Of a stretch of 64,000 nucleotides of DNA, positions 28,101-38,581 are shown piece by piece (position 1 is the first letter of the stretch; every line of letters begins with the position of its first letter). Source of the DNA: Bugula neritina (Eukaryota; Animalia; Bryozoa). The stretch covers positions 11,666,581 to 11,730,580 of the forward strand of contig OZ037767.1 in the NCBI GenBank assembly GCA_964035545.1, in the 5' to 3' direction. A model generated the notes under the pieces. That model saw nothing but the letters and a program-made list of their open reading frames with translations, did no database searches and had not been told where the DNA came from. A program made the position numbers and the translations under genes.

Positions 28101-31100
28101 GTCCGAGAACCGGTCTAGCCTCTTAGCGTACCTGTCACAGAAATGCAGCCCGTAGGATATAGCGTAGTTCTCCGAGTCTGTACAGTTTGGGTAACTCTTC
28201 TCTAAGCACAGACTGTACCAGCTACAATTTCCTGGTTTCTGGCAGTTCTCCTCTACTCTCTCTACAATGTAAACAGCATTTGTGATTATCTTGGCATTTT
28301 CTCATCTGAGAAATATCTGAGTGTTAGAGAGATGATGCTGTATTTACCCATTTCATAGTCCAGCTCCTGTGGACTCACTGGCGGGTCAGTCTTGGTTTCA
28401 GCGAGTATTAATCCTTGACCCAGTATCGCTATTAGCAACCAGTAACTCACTATCGTCTCTACTCTCATACCTTCTGTTAGTGTTCGGAATGCCAGCTTGG
28501 TCTATAGAGTATAGATTAGCAAAGCATGCATTTCCATGTGAATTGTTAGCATGGTTTCTAACTAAACTTGCTCGGCTGTTAGGGCGCTGAGAACTGTGTC
28601 TCTTACTAAGATGGTAACTTGGTAAGAGCTTCTCTGTAGCACAGAATGCTCTTGAACTCATGGCTTAATGCACACTAGACTAAGTTCCATCTACTAGACC
28701 ACAGTGGCTTACAAGGTTTCAAACTAAATTATACTGTTCTACATTACAGGACACCATATGCTATGTGATTAGGTACAACTTACCAACATGTAGATGACAG
28801 GCCCTTCTACTAAATACAACTGATTAGACTGGCTGTAGATTTTCACTAATAATGTTAACATCTGTCTTCTTCCAGGGACTTTATATCAACCTTTATATAT
28901 TAGTTTAACATGCCAGTTGCTATTGCTTATCTGAAGGGTAATTAGATTAAGGACAACTTATTACATTATAAGTTACGAAATGCTACCTTGTTGCACATGC
29001 ATACAATGTCAGTGAAAATGGGGCTAACTAAGTGCTAATTTTCAGCAGAGTTTTGACCTGTCTCTGTTATCTGCTGCTTACTTTTTCCAAAATACATAAA
29101 TTTCTGAGACTGTTTAAAGCCTCCCCCTTCGAACTCCCCTCCCCAGATAGTAAGAGTTTATAAGTGGAATAAACAAGCACTATGCTTCTGACATGCTGAT
29201 TACACTGTTTAGGAGCTTTTGCTGTCGCACAGGAACAGACTGGATGCTCTTCCTGACATCACTTGTGACCTCTGTCATACTAGGTCATATCATGTAAATT
29301 AGCTTTTGGGTTTTGTATTCTGAAATGTTGATAACTTGCCAAGCTGTTGATTTCTGTAAACAATAATATTTCAATTCTATTTCACCAGAATATGACAAGC
29401 AGCAAAATGTATGGTGTGAAGTGCTGAGAGTTTGTTATGAGCAATTATTACCATTTATGTTATACTGTCTGACTTGTCATTTTTCAGAATATTTCGAAGT
29501 TGTTTATTGAAAATTGATTTTGTAAATTTTAAAATATATAAAATACCACAGTTTGCATTTTCTATTGGTTGGTTGCTTCATATCTGTGTTATACCTTCAT
29601 TGAATGGTTTTGCCTTTGCTAGACTAATTTCCTTTCTTTTTAATGTAGCCTGACTTTGGGGACCCGAGTTTACTTGAGGTGATGCCAACAGATTTCCAGG
29701 CTAACTGCTACGTTCTGGCTATACCCAATTCTGGATACAGGAATTTTATCCACTTTGCAGTACTACATATTAATACTATAGACATTGGTAATACATATTA
29801 TTAGTATAGACATTGGTAATACATAATAATACTATAGACATTGGTCCTAATGGTGAATGTCTTCACTGTGTCTCATTGTTTCTCAGATGGACTATTACTG
29901 AATTCAGTGAAGCTCAGTACCTCTCACTGTGACTGGCATGTAGTAGCACACACCTACCCGGAGAGATCAATGTGTAGCCTTAATTTCTCTTACGGAACAC
30001 ATAGACTGTGGCACCAGGACTCCAACATTCTGTTCACTCTGGTATGTCGCTACTGTCCTTAAACAAATTGTCTTAGCAGAAGTTAATGATGAGTTACAGG
30101 GAGATGGAACTAAGTCTAGAAGCCTATCAGAGACTTTAACTGTTCATAATAATGACTTTGTTGCTGTTCTGTGTTTTAGTATCAGTTTGGGATGGGATTC
30201 AGAGAAAGTTACAGTCAGAGAGGAGCGGTTTGCTCTGGCCCGCATGTCACCAGTTTCTCTTCTGTTTCGTCCCCTGGTCTATCCTCACAGGTAGGTTCAC
30301 CTAATACTAATACTCTCCCACCTAGTACTAATACTAACTCACCTAATACTAATCTTCTATCACCTAGTACTAATACTCTGTCATTTAGTTCTAATACTCT
30401 CCCACCTAGTACTAGTACTCTCTCACCTAGTACTAATCATAGATGGTCAGCAACTATTTGGTCACTTGAAATACATTGCAACATGTGAGGAGTTGTAGAG
30501 ACACACTTATCATTCTCTCCTCTCCTATCTTAATCCCAGTTCGAACTTACATGCATTTTAGTTTGACCTTTCACTGTATTTTGTTGTCAGTCAAAAGCTG
30601 CTTCAACTCATTTTCCAACTGCTTCTACACCTAAAACTCCCATACCAACCATAGAGTGGGTCACCAGATCTCCAAGGACTTTCTTTAGAAGCTCTGTTCA
30701 TGAAACTTCAAGCTCAAAGTTTACTAAACATGTCACTCGAGAAAGTAGTACTTCTTCCAGCTCTTCTGTTACTCTGCATCCCACTTTTGTTATTACATCA
30801 CCATCTGCTGCTACTTCACCGTCTGCTGCTACTTCACCGTCTGCTGCTACTTCACCATCTGCTGCTACTCCAACATCTGCTGCTACTCCACCATCTGCTG
30901 CTACTTCACCATCTGCTACTACTTCACCATCTGCTACACACTTTCCTTCTGCAACATCTTCCACGGTTTCACCTGTTGACCCTGTGACCTCTAACCCCAC
31001 CCACTGGGTTCAATTTGGTAGGTCATTTATTAGGGCCGCTTGCTTCACAACCATCTTGTATTATTAATGGATCTTGACATTTACCTATAGAGTTTTTCCT

Positions 31101-34100
31101 AGATTATACTTTTTCAATGTAGAAAGAGAAAGATTTTTGAAAAATAAGTGTTATGTAATAATAATGTCTATTTGACTTTTAATATTAAGTAATGTAATAC
31201 CTTTACAATTAAACCTTCTTGTAATATAACATATGATTATGTACAAATACTGTCTGTACTTCTTTTTTCCACAGCTATTGTTGATTCTGTAATGCACGGA
31301 TTTATTAACTTTAGTTGTTGGTCTAAACAAGATGATGTTTAGTGAAGATATTTTGAGGAAGATAGAGCTCTCTCTCCATGATCTCTACATTGGTTTATCT
31401 AGTCTAATGCCAGCAGCAAACACAAACACTAGCGTAGAAGTCAAGGTTATTATGGAGTCTTATTTAATCACTAATATACACTATTTACTCTTTATTTCTT
31501 TAGTTATCAGTTGACCGTAGCTATATCTGGTATCTATGTTAAAACAGTGCTCCTTTCGTATCTCACAAAGCTTTGGGTGCTACAAACTGAATTCGTGAAT
31601 TAGTAAAATGCCAAATTTAACCCAAGGGTCAGTTAAATTTCGCCATTTTGTTCCTATACACACATACATAAAGTTAGTAATCTGTGTTATTATATATTAC
31701 ATATACTAAGTTATACTATTACTATAGTATATATTACATATACTAAATTATAATATTACTATATTATATATTACATATACTAAGTTATATTATTACTATA
31801 TTATATATTACTCGTACTATGTTATACTATTACTATATTATATATTACATATACTAAATTATAATATTACTATGTTATAGATTACAAAGGTGGAGGTATA
31901 CAATGTCAATCTCACCAGAGTTGTATTCCATGTGAGACAAGGTGAGCCTTTGGAAGCCAAAGAAGTGCTCTCAGTTCTAGGAGGAGTGAAAGCTGACTCT
32001 CTGTCAGATCTGCTCAACCTCACCATATACCAGTCCTTTACAGGTACTGCCGATAGTTGTCAGCTTCCTGCCTCCTTTTTTTATGAGTTCCTTCCACCTG
32101 TTTGCTGATGCTGAATGGATTACAAGTATTTTAAGTTTTTAAAGAATTTTCTTGTATAGTAAAACATTTAGCAAAGGGTTGATGCAGTACTATACTATTA
32201 TATAGAGTAGTTAGCCTACTATGTATTATATATAATAACACACTAGTATACTATTATATAGAGTAGTTACTATGTATTATATATAATAACACACTAGTAT
32301 AATATTATATAGAGTAGTTACTATGTATTATATATAATAACACACTAGTATAATATTATATAGAGTAGTTACTATGTATTATATATAATAACACACTAGT
32401 ATACTATTATATAGAGTAGTTACTATGTATTATATATAATAACACACTAGTATAATATTATATAGAGTAGTTACTATGTATTATATATAATAACACATTA
32501 GTATAATATTATATAGAGTAGTTAGCCTACTATGTATTATATACAATAACACACTAGTATAATATTATATAGAGTAGTTACTATGTATTATATATAATAA
32601 CACACTAGTATACTATTATATAGAGTAGTTACTATGTATTATATATAATAACACATTAGTATAATATTATATAGAGTAGTTACTATGTATTATATATAAT
32701 AACACACTAGTATAATATTATATAGAGTAGTTACTATGTATTATATATAATAACACATTAGTATAATATTATATAGAGTAGTTAGCCTACTATGTATTAT
32801 ATACAATAACACACTAGTATAATATTATATAGAGTAGTTACTATGTATTATATATAATAACACATTAGTATAATATTATATAGAGTAGTTACTATGTATT
32901 ATATATAATAACACACTAGTATAATATTATATAGAGTAGTTACTATGTATTATATATAATAACACACTAGTATAATATTATATAGAGTAGTTAGCCTACT
33001 ATGTATTATATACAATAACACACTAGTATAATATTATATAGAGTAGTTACTATGTATTATGTATAATAACACACTAGTATACTATTATATAGAGTAGTTA
33101 CTATGTATTATATATAATAACATACTGTTATATACACACACAGCATATCTGAGCTCAGCAGAATTCAACACTACGTTGGCCGAGTTAGCAGCAGGCGGGG
33201 ACGTGGAGTCTACCCAGGACAGCCCCACCCCTACCTGGCTGACAATTCTCTTAGGACTCCTAGTTTTTGTGATGGTGGTGACGGCTGTAGGTGTGGCAGC
33301 CCACAGCTACAGGCTGAATAATAAATCATTGGCAGCACAAAAACCTCGTAAACAAAAGTTGAAGGTATTGTATCCCTTTATTGGCTGTCTATAAGAACTC
33401 CTTTCCATATTCTGTGTTTTAGTTTTGTTGGTTTTCTTTAAAAATAATTTTAGATTTACCATCTTCAATCCTCTCTCCTCTGGTCTTTTCTCTCAGGAGT
33501 TTATAGTCACTATCTCTGTACAAATGGTTTTTAAAGCTGGCTGAGGACTTTTTGATGTGGCACAGGAGAAATTATGACTGAATGCTTTTCCTAACACCAC
33601 CAATGGTGTTTAAACTCAAACCTTGTTGCTTGGCCAGCCCTCTAACCACTACACCACTGCTGCTCTCTTCTGGTCTTATCTCTACTGACTTTATATTGAG
33701 CAGCTTATTCATCTAGCCAACCATTAGCACTTCTCGCTATGCTCAGATATTTCTTATAATTAAACTCATCTGAGGGAGTTTCATGTTTTCTGTGCTGTTC
33801 AGTATCTTCTAGCAATAAACAGCATCTGGTGTCACTCAAGTTGAAAACATTGTGAAATGGTTCTTCCATACATAAAGTTATACTTCACAACACTTCACAG
33901 CATTGTCTCTGTCTCAACTCAGTCGGTTTACCTGGTAGGTGAAGATGTTGGAAGCTGAACCTGGTGGAGTTACAGAGATACCAGACAGAGTTAGTTACAA
34001 GATGGAGGAGGAAGTACACACTGGATTCGGCACTCCTCTAGGTGACACCAGCCTTCACCCAGCGCCATCTGGTGGCAAAGGTCACAAATATGGTAATGGC

Positions 34101-36070
34101 AAAGGTCATGACTTTGATAATAGCAAAGGTCATAACTCTGGTAATGGCAAACGTCATGAATCTGGTAATGGCAAAGGTCATGACTTTGGTAATGGCAAAG
34201 GTCATGACTCTGGTAATGGCAAAGGTCATGACTTTGGTAATGGCAAAGGTCATGACTCTGGTAATGGTAAAGGCTCTGGTAATACTAAGAAAGATGTCGT
34301 AGAGGTTGATGTTTCTATCTCAAAGACTTCAATCATGTCTAACATCTTGAGCACAGATGTACATGGACTCAGCTTTGAACATCATGGTAAGGTTTCTTGT
34401 ATAGTAAAGAAGTTCTAACCTTCACCTTAGCTTCTATTCTTTTAAATGTATACACCCAAATTATTAGTATCTATGTACATTTCTCAACAACTTGATCTCA
34501 TTAAAATATTGAGCTCTTTTAAATTATTTAAAAAACCATTAAAAAGTAATTTATTTTTAAATTTAGAAGAACATAATTAGTTAGTATTTTCTTCATCTTG
34601 ATTGGCTCTTAGATTTTACATAGGCCATCTTAATATATTTGGTGTGCGTCCCTATGTGTATGGTTTGTGCAGTGTTGTAGACTACACACAGAGACTTGTT
34701 GCAATAACACAGCTGTCTGCTAGTGAAGGCACCACCTTTCACCCTGAATGTCCATCTTTTCACTTTATGTTGCAGAGTACCCTCTGGCCTTGACACGGGC
34801 GCAACTAGACAAACTATTCACCCCGTATTTCATAGCTCAAGCGACAAAGAATGAAATCTTCAGAAACAAGAGAACAGTTCGTGGAAAGTTGCATGACTCC
34901 GTCGACAGAGGAAAGGTCCGGGAAATCGGTGTCAGCCAATTAGGTAAGTGCTGCCTTCACAGCGACAGCAGTCTGCTGTTTGTGTGGTAGTAGACAGCTG
35001 CTCAGTTATATGTATTTATATTAACACAGAGGCCTTTTAACATTCATATAGTATAATATATACTGATACTCTCCTTGTAGGGTTGGTAGGTGCAAGAAAT
35101 ATACAATGGAAGAGTAACCTACCCACCCTATCGGCATTCTCACAGCCACCTGAGACCACAACGCTACCAGCTACTCTCGCTACTGCTGCCGCACATGACC
35201 TTAATGGAGCTGATTCTACCAGACTGAGTCCAGATAAGAACGAACACCGACACTGGGGCAGTCTGGTGAGGTATGGTGGTTCCAGGAGAGTGAGGAAGCA
35301 GTATATGAGGGAAAGGAAGAAGCTGCATAAGAAAGCTTGGTAAGTCTAAATAGACACTACACAGTTGTAATGGTGCAGTTACACTACACAGTTTCTCTTG
35401 ATGGTATACTCAATTATAGTATTTTGATAGAACTATTGTAATCACACTAATGAAGTGATAATAAAGTCTTGTATATAAGATACTATTATTCACTATTAGT
35501 CATACTATGCTATGCTAAACTATACTGTGACATGTTATGCTATGTTATGCTATATAGTATATACTATACTGTTTTATTCTATACTATGCTGCGCTATACT
35601 GTGTTTTGCTATACTATGCTAATATATACTGTGTTTTGCTATACTATGCTAAGCGATACTGTGTTATGATATACTATGCTATACTATATTGTGTTATGCT
35701 ATATACTATACTGTTTTATTCTATACTGTGCTATACTATCCTGCGGTATACTGTGTTATGCTATACTATGTAATTCTATACTGTGTTATGCTATACTATG
35801 TTATTCTATGATATATTAATCTTATGGTATATCGTCACAATACACCATCACTAACAATTACAAACGTAGGTTTGACAGCCACTCTAGAAAGTTCCATTCA
35901 GTCTTCTCTCAGTCTTTAACATCTTCTATGATTGCAGCTCACAGAGAAAGCAGACGTCGAATAGAATCACTCGAACTCTGTCTGACTCCACCCACTCTTC
36001 CAGCTTCTCAAAACTCTGCAATATGGCCACTAATTCGGCTGCTTCAGTCGACAACAAGGGCGACATGTGA
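1168..36070 (+). CDS. 35-exon type I transmembrane mucin-like mosaic protein (EB/EGF, SEA-like x4, IgGFc-binding, PTS, SEA-like, TM, cytoplasmic tail), about 1942 aa
   Basis: Hand-built model, all introns GT-AG and phase-compatible, total 5829 nt. Exons: 1168-1233, 1422-1605, 14031-14141, 14472-14609, 15017-15145, 15656-15784, 15988-16077, 16168-16269, 16818-17005, 17641-17803, 18297-18469, 18855-19014, 19192-19245, 19638-19816, 20054-20228, 21144-21293, 21667-21827, 22349-22556, 22989-23116, 23389-23539, 23694-23864, 24863-24983, 25201-25310, 25815-26047, 29649-29787, 29887-30041, 30180-30290, 30591-31017, 31315-31445, 31881-32043, 33144-33364, 33939-34386, 34776-34943, 35081-35339, 35938-36070. 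AATAAA near 36257. Exons 1-2 and 35 are the least certain; unspliced exon 34 would stop at 35343. Confidence 0.75.
1762..2107 (-). repeat. 3' LTR of Gypsy element A
   Basis: Direct repeat of 6613-6958. Preceded on the element strand by PPT GGAGGGGGCGG (2108-2118). Confidence 0.95.
2389..3286 (-). CDS. Extra ORF ('ORF3') of element A: C2H2 plus CxC-H-C zinc fingers; frameshifted coiled-coil/basic C-terminus
   Basis: CHVC-x12-H-x3-H followed by CPC-x12-H-x3-C. After a frameshift near 2600 another frame reads PNRLATVEERLLRLQDEFTQLAPDLLSTTMSLSELKGSVGRLKRRLRARQARHRIQSLQN* ending at 2389. The true start is uncertain. Confidence 0.65.
3445..5694 (-). pseudogene. pol: Deleted pol of element A: intact aspartic protease, then linker, integrase HHCC domain and C-terminal tail
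   Basis: FLLDTGC..ILGMPFL protease, then TAA at 4834-4836. The same frame continues through HQQAH..CGVC (integrase zinc-binding domain). No YxDD, RNase H or DDE motifs are present. Confidence 0.85.
5643..6578 (-). CDS. gag: Gag with CCHC zinc knuckle (element A), intact, 311 aa
   Basis: ATG 16 nt after the PBS; capsid-like LRVPTFSGEEPVEQFVQEF..W; knuckle CWECGRPGHFQKHC. Confidence 0.9.
   Translation of the reverse strand: MTERGTELPIRRNEGEEDNVAIPIEPEVRVHRECYEEKYRLRVPTFSGEEPVEQFVQEFQDVMEVAQWPPRIALLKLRMALSDKAKPYGVGPDIDGIFASLRARFGISAVDARARLQRLRRDPHTPLQEHATTVMRLAQIAFRDLPQVNRERYTYDAFVQSINDLRLHHQLLARGVTTVEGALAEGEAYLLASQLHRNRVTSRQVDMELSAAPTASNAETPAVAKVTQMTVASKVAQMTDMLAELVSALAPLSQLDTTRELDGPPVQSPGRGHPSCWECGRPGHFQKHCPQLQPGLNYDGPRMLPPPAGRR
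5650..5694 (-). promoter_or_regulatory. Probable -1 ribosomal frameshift signal (gag to pro)
   Basis: G_TTA_AAC heptamer in the gag frame (5688-5694), 5-nt spacer, 8-bp stem CGGCCCGC/GCGGGCCG. The protease frame is -1 relative to gag. Confidence 0.75.
6594..6611 (-). promoter_or_regulatory. Primer binding site, tRNA-Leu
   Basis: TGGTGGCAGCGGTGGGAT, complementary to the 3' 18 nt of eukaryotic tRNA-Leu (..AUCCCACCGCUGCCACCA). Confidence 0.85.
6613..6958 (-). repeat. 5' LTR of Gypsy element A
   Basis: Direct repeat of 1762-2107, adjacent to the PBS. Confidence 0.95.
6963..7385 (-). repeat. 3' LTR of element B (terminal 8 bp displaced to 1754-1761); contains a 3x19-bp repeat
   Basis: Begins TGTAGTGGATTTT on the element strand, like the LTR of element D (TGTAATGGATTTT). 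TGTCGACTAGGCAAGATGT x3 at about 7231-7287. Confidence 0.65.
9091..13550 (-). pseudogene. pol: pol (PR-RT-RNase H-IN) of element B, inactivated
   Basis: LDTGC protease; RT FCVDYRRLN..LDLLSGYWQ..YLDV (catalytic YLDD mutated); RNase H DTDASN..ELLAVV; integrase DLVGP..SDQG..VERNN. In-frame stops at 13203 and 12828; frameshifts near 10190 and at the G-run near 9812-9823. Confidence 0.95.
14031..16269 (+). CDS. Host gene exons 3-8: EB-type Cys modules plus one EGF-like module
   Basis: Symmetric phase 1-1 exons, e.g. MGSKCLSTSECRLRNLNNSVCRRGRCSCSHGYFYPGGVYRTDCFQ, LASTCKHSSECHLLFPHSVCSEGRCVCMTGFYFFNHTLSCLP, LGSLCAGHTDCMERGGDNHKCSEGFCTCDDDSYFAPPTSCLL. EGF: PCESVICENRGVCQPNTETSFKDYHCDCTPDYAGLTC. Confidence 0.85.
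16818..22556 (+). CDS. Host gene exons 9-18: four tandem SEA-like repeats (KIAA1549/UPF0606-like)
   Basis: Repeated phase 1-0-1 exon pairs with a shared pattern (helix; beta strand 'VDIRYVV / LVIEYSV / RVKLIAL / RIELVYYV'; helix; 'QEIALTLGEVV / QQVALELGEVI'). The SEA assignment is by eye. Confidence 0.6.
18451..18580 (+). repeat. 21-bp minisatellite spanning the exon 11 splice donor
   Basis: (TCCATACAGTGTAAGGTG[A/G]GT) x6. Confidence 0.9.
19284..19499. repeat. 15-bp intronic minisatellite
   Basis: (CTCACTAACTAACAT)n. Confidence 0.9.
22633..22710 (+). mobile_element. tRNA-derived SINE head
   Basis: TGGTGTAATGG A-box, GGTTCAAATCC B-box, T-run; cloverleaf incomplete. Confidence 0.6.
22989..30290 (+). 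CDS. Host gene exons 19-27: IgGFc-binding (FCGBP N-terminal type) domain
   Basis: Diagnostic motifs STAGTEFILAFMENY, DSALVLPLNQLGTEY, DITGTRIISDRPVAVYSGN, DHLYEQLLP..GKSFVVV, SNKPLKVFQ, GDPSLLEVMP. Confidence 0.9.
23190..23388. repeat. 24-bp minisatellite ending at the exon 20 acceptor
   Basis: (TGCTACAATATTCATACTGTGTGG)n; the last unit supplies the AG. Confidence 0.9.
24245..24830. repeat. 23-bp intronic minisatellite
   Basis: (GTAGCATACTGTAGTGTATACAT)n. Confidence 0.9.
26922..27265. mobile_element. MITE with about 70-bp TIRs (PIF/Harbinger-like), copy 1
   Basis: GCCTAGGGCCACAC..GTGTGGCCCTAGGC termini, TAA/TTA flanks, near-identical copy at 56458-56800. Confidence 0.85.
27837..28468 (-). 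CDS. Nested antisense gene: secreted Cys-rich stanniocalcin-like protein, 181 aa
   Basis: Exon 1 28468-28348 (signal peptide MRVETIVSYWLLIAILGQGLILA), 86-nt GT-AG intron, exon 2 28261-27837: CQKPGNCSWYSLCLEKSYPNC..NYAISYGLHFC..FSDSGQKWV..CLQVAL..SCGKLKEEAFSTHAPCYVNSGFCKL. The gene structure is firm; the family call is by eye. Confidence 0.8.
30591..31017 (+). CDS. Host gene exon 28: Ser/Thr/Pro-rich mucin stalk with (TSPSAA)n repeat
   Basis: An 18-bp tandem repeat encodes TSPSAA in the phase-compatible frame. Confidence 0.8.
31315..33364 (+). CDS. Host gene exons 29-31: juxtamembrane SEA-like repeat and transmembrane helix
   Basis: TRVVFHV..EAKEVLSVL matches the upstream repeat pattern. TM helix WLTILLGLLVFVMVVTAVGVAA is followed by basic residues (KPRKQKLK). 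Confidence 0.8.
32190..33120. repeat. 51/55-bp intronic minisatellite
   Basis: (TATATAGAGTAGTTACTATGTATTATATATAATAACACACTAGTATAATAT)n. Confidence 0.9.
33939..36070 (+). CDS. Host gene exons 32-35: cytoplasmic tail with GNGKGHD(S/F) octapeptide repeats
   Basis: 24-bp coding repeat at about 34070-34280; phase-compatible exons continue to TGA at 36068-36070. Confidence 0.65.
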
Positions 36071-37183
36071 TCTCATATCTCATTGGCTCAGCTTTTTGCA
36101 ACTTTTATTCTCTTCAGACGTATGATTGGAGAAAGAAATCTAACACATGATTTCTTATTTGCACAAATCTCAGATGCTTTATTTTCTGAATTAATGAAAT
36201 TCCTTCTTGATGTAATATTTTCTTTATTGTGTTATATTTTTATTTAAATGGCATAAAATAAATCAATCAAAGCAGTCATTATTTCTATGTGATTGATTAA
36301 TGCTTTTCTTTCACATTATAACATATTATACTATATAATATTGTACTATATCGTATGGTAAATAATATTTTATATTGTATTGACTCGTATTGTGTCACAT
36401 TAGATTATATTATATGGTATTATTTGGCATTACATTATATGGCAAATCATGTTACATCATTATAAATTATTATATTATAAGTTATATATTATATTGTGTA
36501 TTATCAAATGGTATTGTACTACATTATATTGTATTATAGTATACAATATTATATGGTAATATTATATTATCTATTATGTCATATATAGTATTCTATTACA
36601 TTATATTCCATTGTACTATAGTGTACTAGCAATTTCCAGGCTCATTATAAGCAGTTTAAACTGAGTTTTACACGTCCATTTCTACTCTTACTAGTGTGAA
36701 ATGTAAAACATAAAATAGTGTAAGTTGTTTGAGCAGATGTACATTGTTTCAAATATAAGTAGAAAAATTATAATAATGAGCACAAACTAAAAAAGGAGCA
36801 AAATAAAAACATAAACAATATTATAATATATTCTACATATCAAAACATTAAAAGGTGTGATTATGAGCCTTTGAATAACCTATCTATAGTATGTACTAAC
36901 TAGTCTATATAGTGTATAGCATGTAAACTACACAGTACATAGTATGTAGTCTACACAGTGTATAATATGTATTTTATACACTGTGTATAGCACGTAGTCT
37001 ACACAGTGTATAGTATGTAGCTTATACACAGTGTATAGTGTGTAGTCTACAGTTTACACAGTGTATAATATGTAGTCTACACAGTGCATAGTATGTAGTC
37101 TGCGTAGTGTCTAGTGTATAGTCTACACAGTGTGTAGTATATAGTCTACACAGTATATTGTATGTAGTCTACATAGTGTATAG

Positions 37184-37248
<65 letters not shown>

Positions 37249-37456
37249 TAAGAGCTGGTAATTATGCTGCTTCAAATTAGTTAAAGTGACTTTAGTCAAA
37301 ACGTGTTGACATAAAATCAATATTGTCATCTTTCTGAAACATCTTGAAAACTGAAATCATTTTAACCAACCTACACAGGCAGGCAGAACTATTAGTATTG
37401 TGAATAGACTAGATTCTGGACTATCTAAGGTATCTCAAAAGTGTAGAAATTGTAGT

Positions 37457-38386
37457 ATGGAAAACAGCAGCGCTCTATGCAGTGACGTCACTGAGTTTTG
37501 CGTAGATTTCTCTGATTCAGTAATTTTGCTATGTCTCAAAAATTTCAGTGTTATAATCAACATGGTCAATTTGATCTTTTTGAAGAAGTTGGATAAGTCT
37601 AAGAGAACTGCTTCTTTTTGGATACTAGTAAACATTGGTATATGTGACATCTTCAGCTGCTCCACTAACTCTCTGGCAGTCAACTGTGAGTTGAACAGAC
37701 AAATTCTAACTTTACCAACTGTTGGTGCTCAAGCCTTCCAAGTAATAGTTACTATTCTTGCTGGTTTCCCATTTGTTGCCAGAAATTTAGTTTTGGCTAT
37801 TGGATGCTACGAACGCTACGTCTCTATATGCCATCCTTATCAGGTAAACTCCAACAAAATAGTCAACAACATAAAACTTAGTTTGGGAATAGCTTGGACT
37901 CTCAGCTTCATTCTAATGACAATCGCCATTGTTACAAACACTACTGAGTACTGTTTCAGTGTTGTTGGCACTTTGCCAGGTGAACCCAATAAGCAGACGA
38001 GTATAGCTTTTGGTGGTTCCCTCACAATAACTTTTATAACATCTGCCGTCTGCTTATCCAAGGCTTTGAGAGAGTTAAAGAGAATGCAGTCAAGAAATGC
38101 AGTTCCAGCACAAGATGATCTGATAGTAAAGAGATCTGCACAGTATATTACGATAGTCTCCATCACCTATCACTTTTCTTACATTTCAATAATTCTTTCA
38201 GTAATTTGCAATAGTGTTGATGATATTCCAAACAGCACTGCAGACTTAGTCAGATGGATTTTCTCCTATTACATGGCATTGTATAGCATTTTTAATGTGG
38301 TTTTGTATTTCATCATGACTCCAGGCTATCGTATTCACGTCATGAATCTACTCATGTTGAAGAAGTCAACAGTCCGGCCCAACTAA
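37457..38386 (+). CDS. Divergent rhodopsin-class (class A) GPCR, single coding exon, 309 aa
   Basis: ATG at 37457 (MENSS, N-glycosylation sequon); seven hydrophobic segments; TM2 'IGICD', 'CYERYVSICHP', TM7 'FNVVLYF..PGYR'; AATAAA at 38393. Confidence 0.88.
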   Translation: MENSSALCSDVTEFCVDFSDSVILLCLKNFSVIINMVNLIFLKKLDKSKRTASFWILVNIGICDIFSCSTNSLAVNCELNRQILTLPTVGAQAFQVIVTILAGFPFVARNLVLAIGCYERYVSICHPYQVNSNKIVNNIKLSLGIAWTLSFILMTIAIVTNTTEYCFSVVGTLPGEPNKQTSIAFGGSLTITFITSAVCLSKALRELKRMQSRNAVPAQDDLIVKRSAQYITIVSITYHFSYISIILSVICNSVDDIPNSTADLVRWIFSYYMALYSIFNVVLYFIMTPGYRIHVMNLLMLKKSTVRPN

Positions 38387-38581
38387 ACTTTAAATAAAAT
38401 ATAAAAATGGTTATTTTAATTTTAAAGTAAAACAACAGTTACAATATTGTAATTATACAAAATGTTGTTCGTACAGTATAAATTGTTGCTAACAGTGCTA
38501 ACATGCGATATTTTGACATGATTTAACATGTTTTAACATGATATTTCGTAACACTGAATATTTTGAATGTACTTTGAAATT

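Noticed and set aside
32190-33120. CRISPR-like regular array
   Set aside because: Head-to-tail tandem repeat with no unique spacers, eukaryotic intron, no cas genes.
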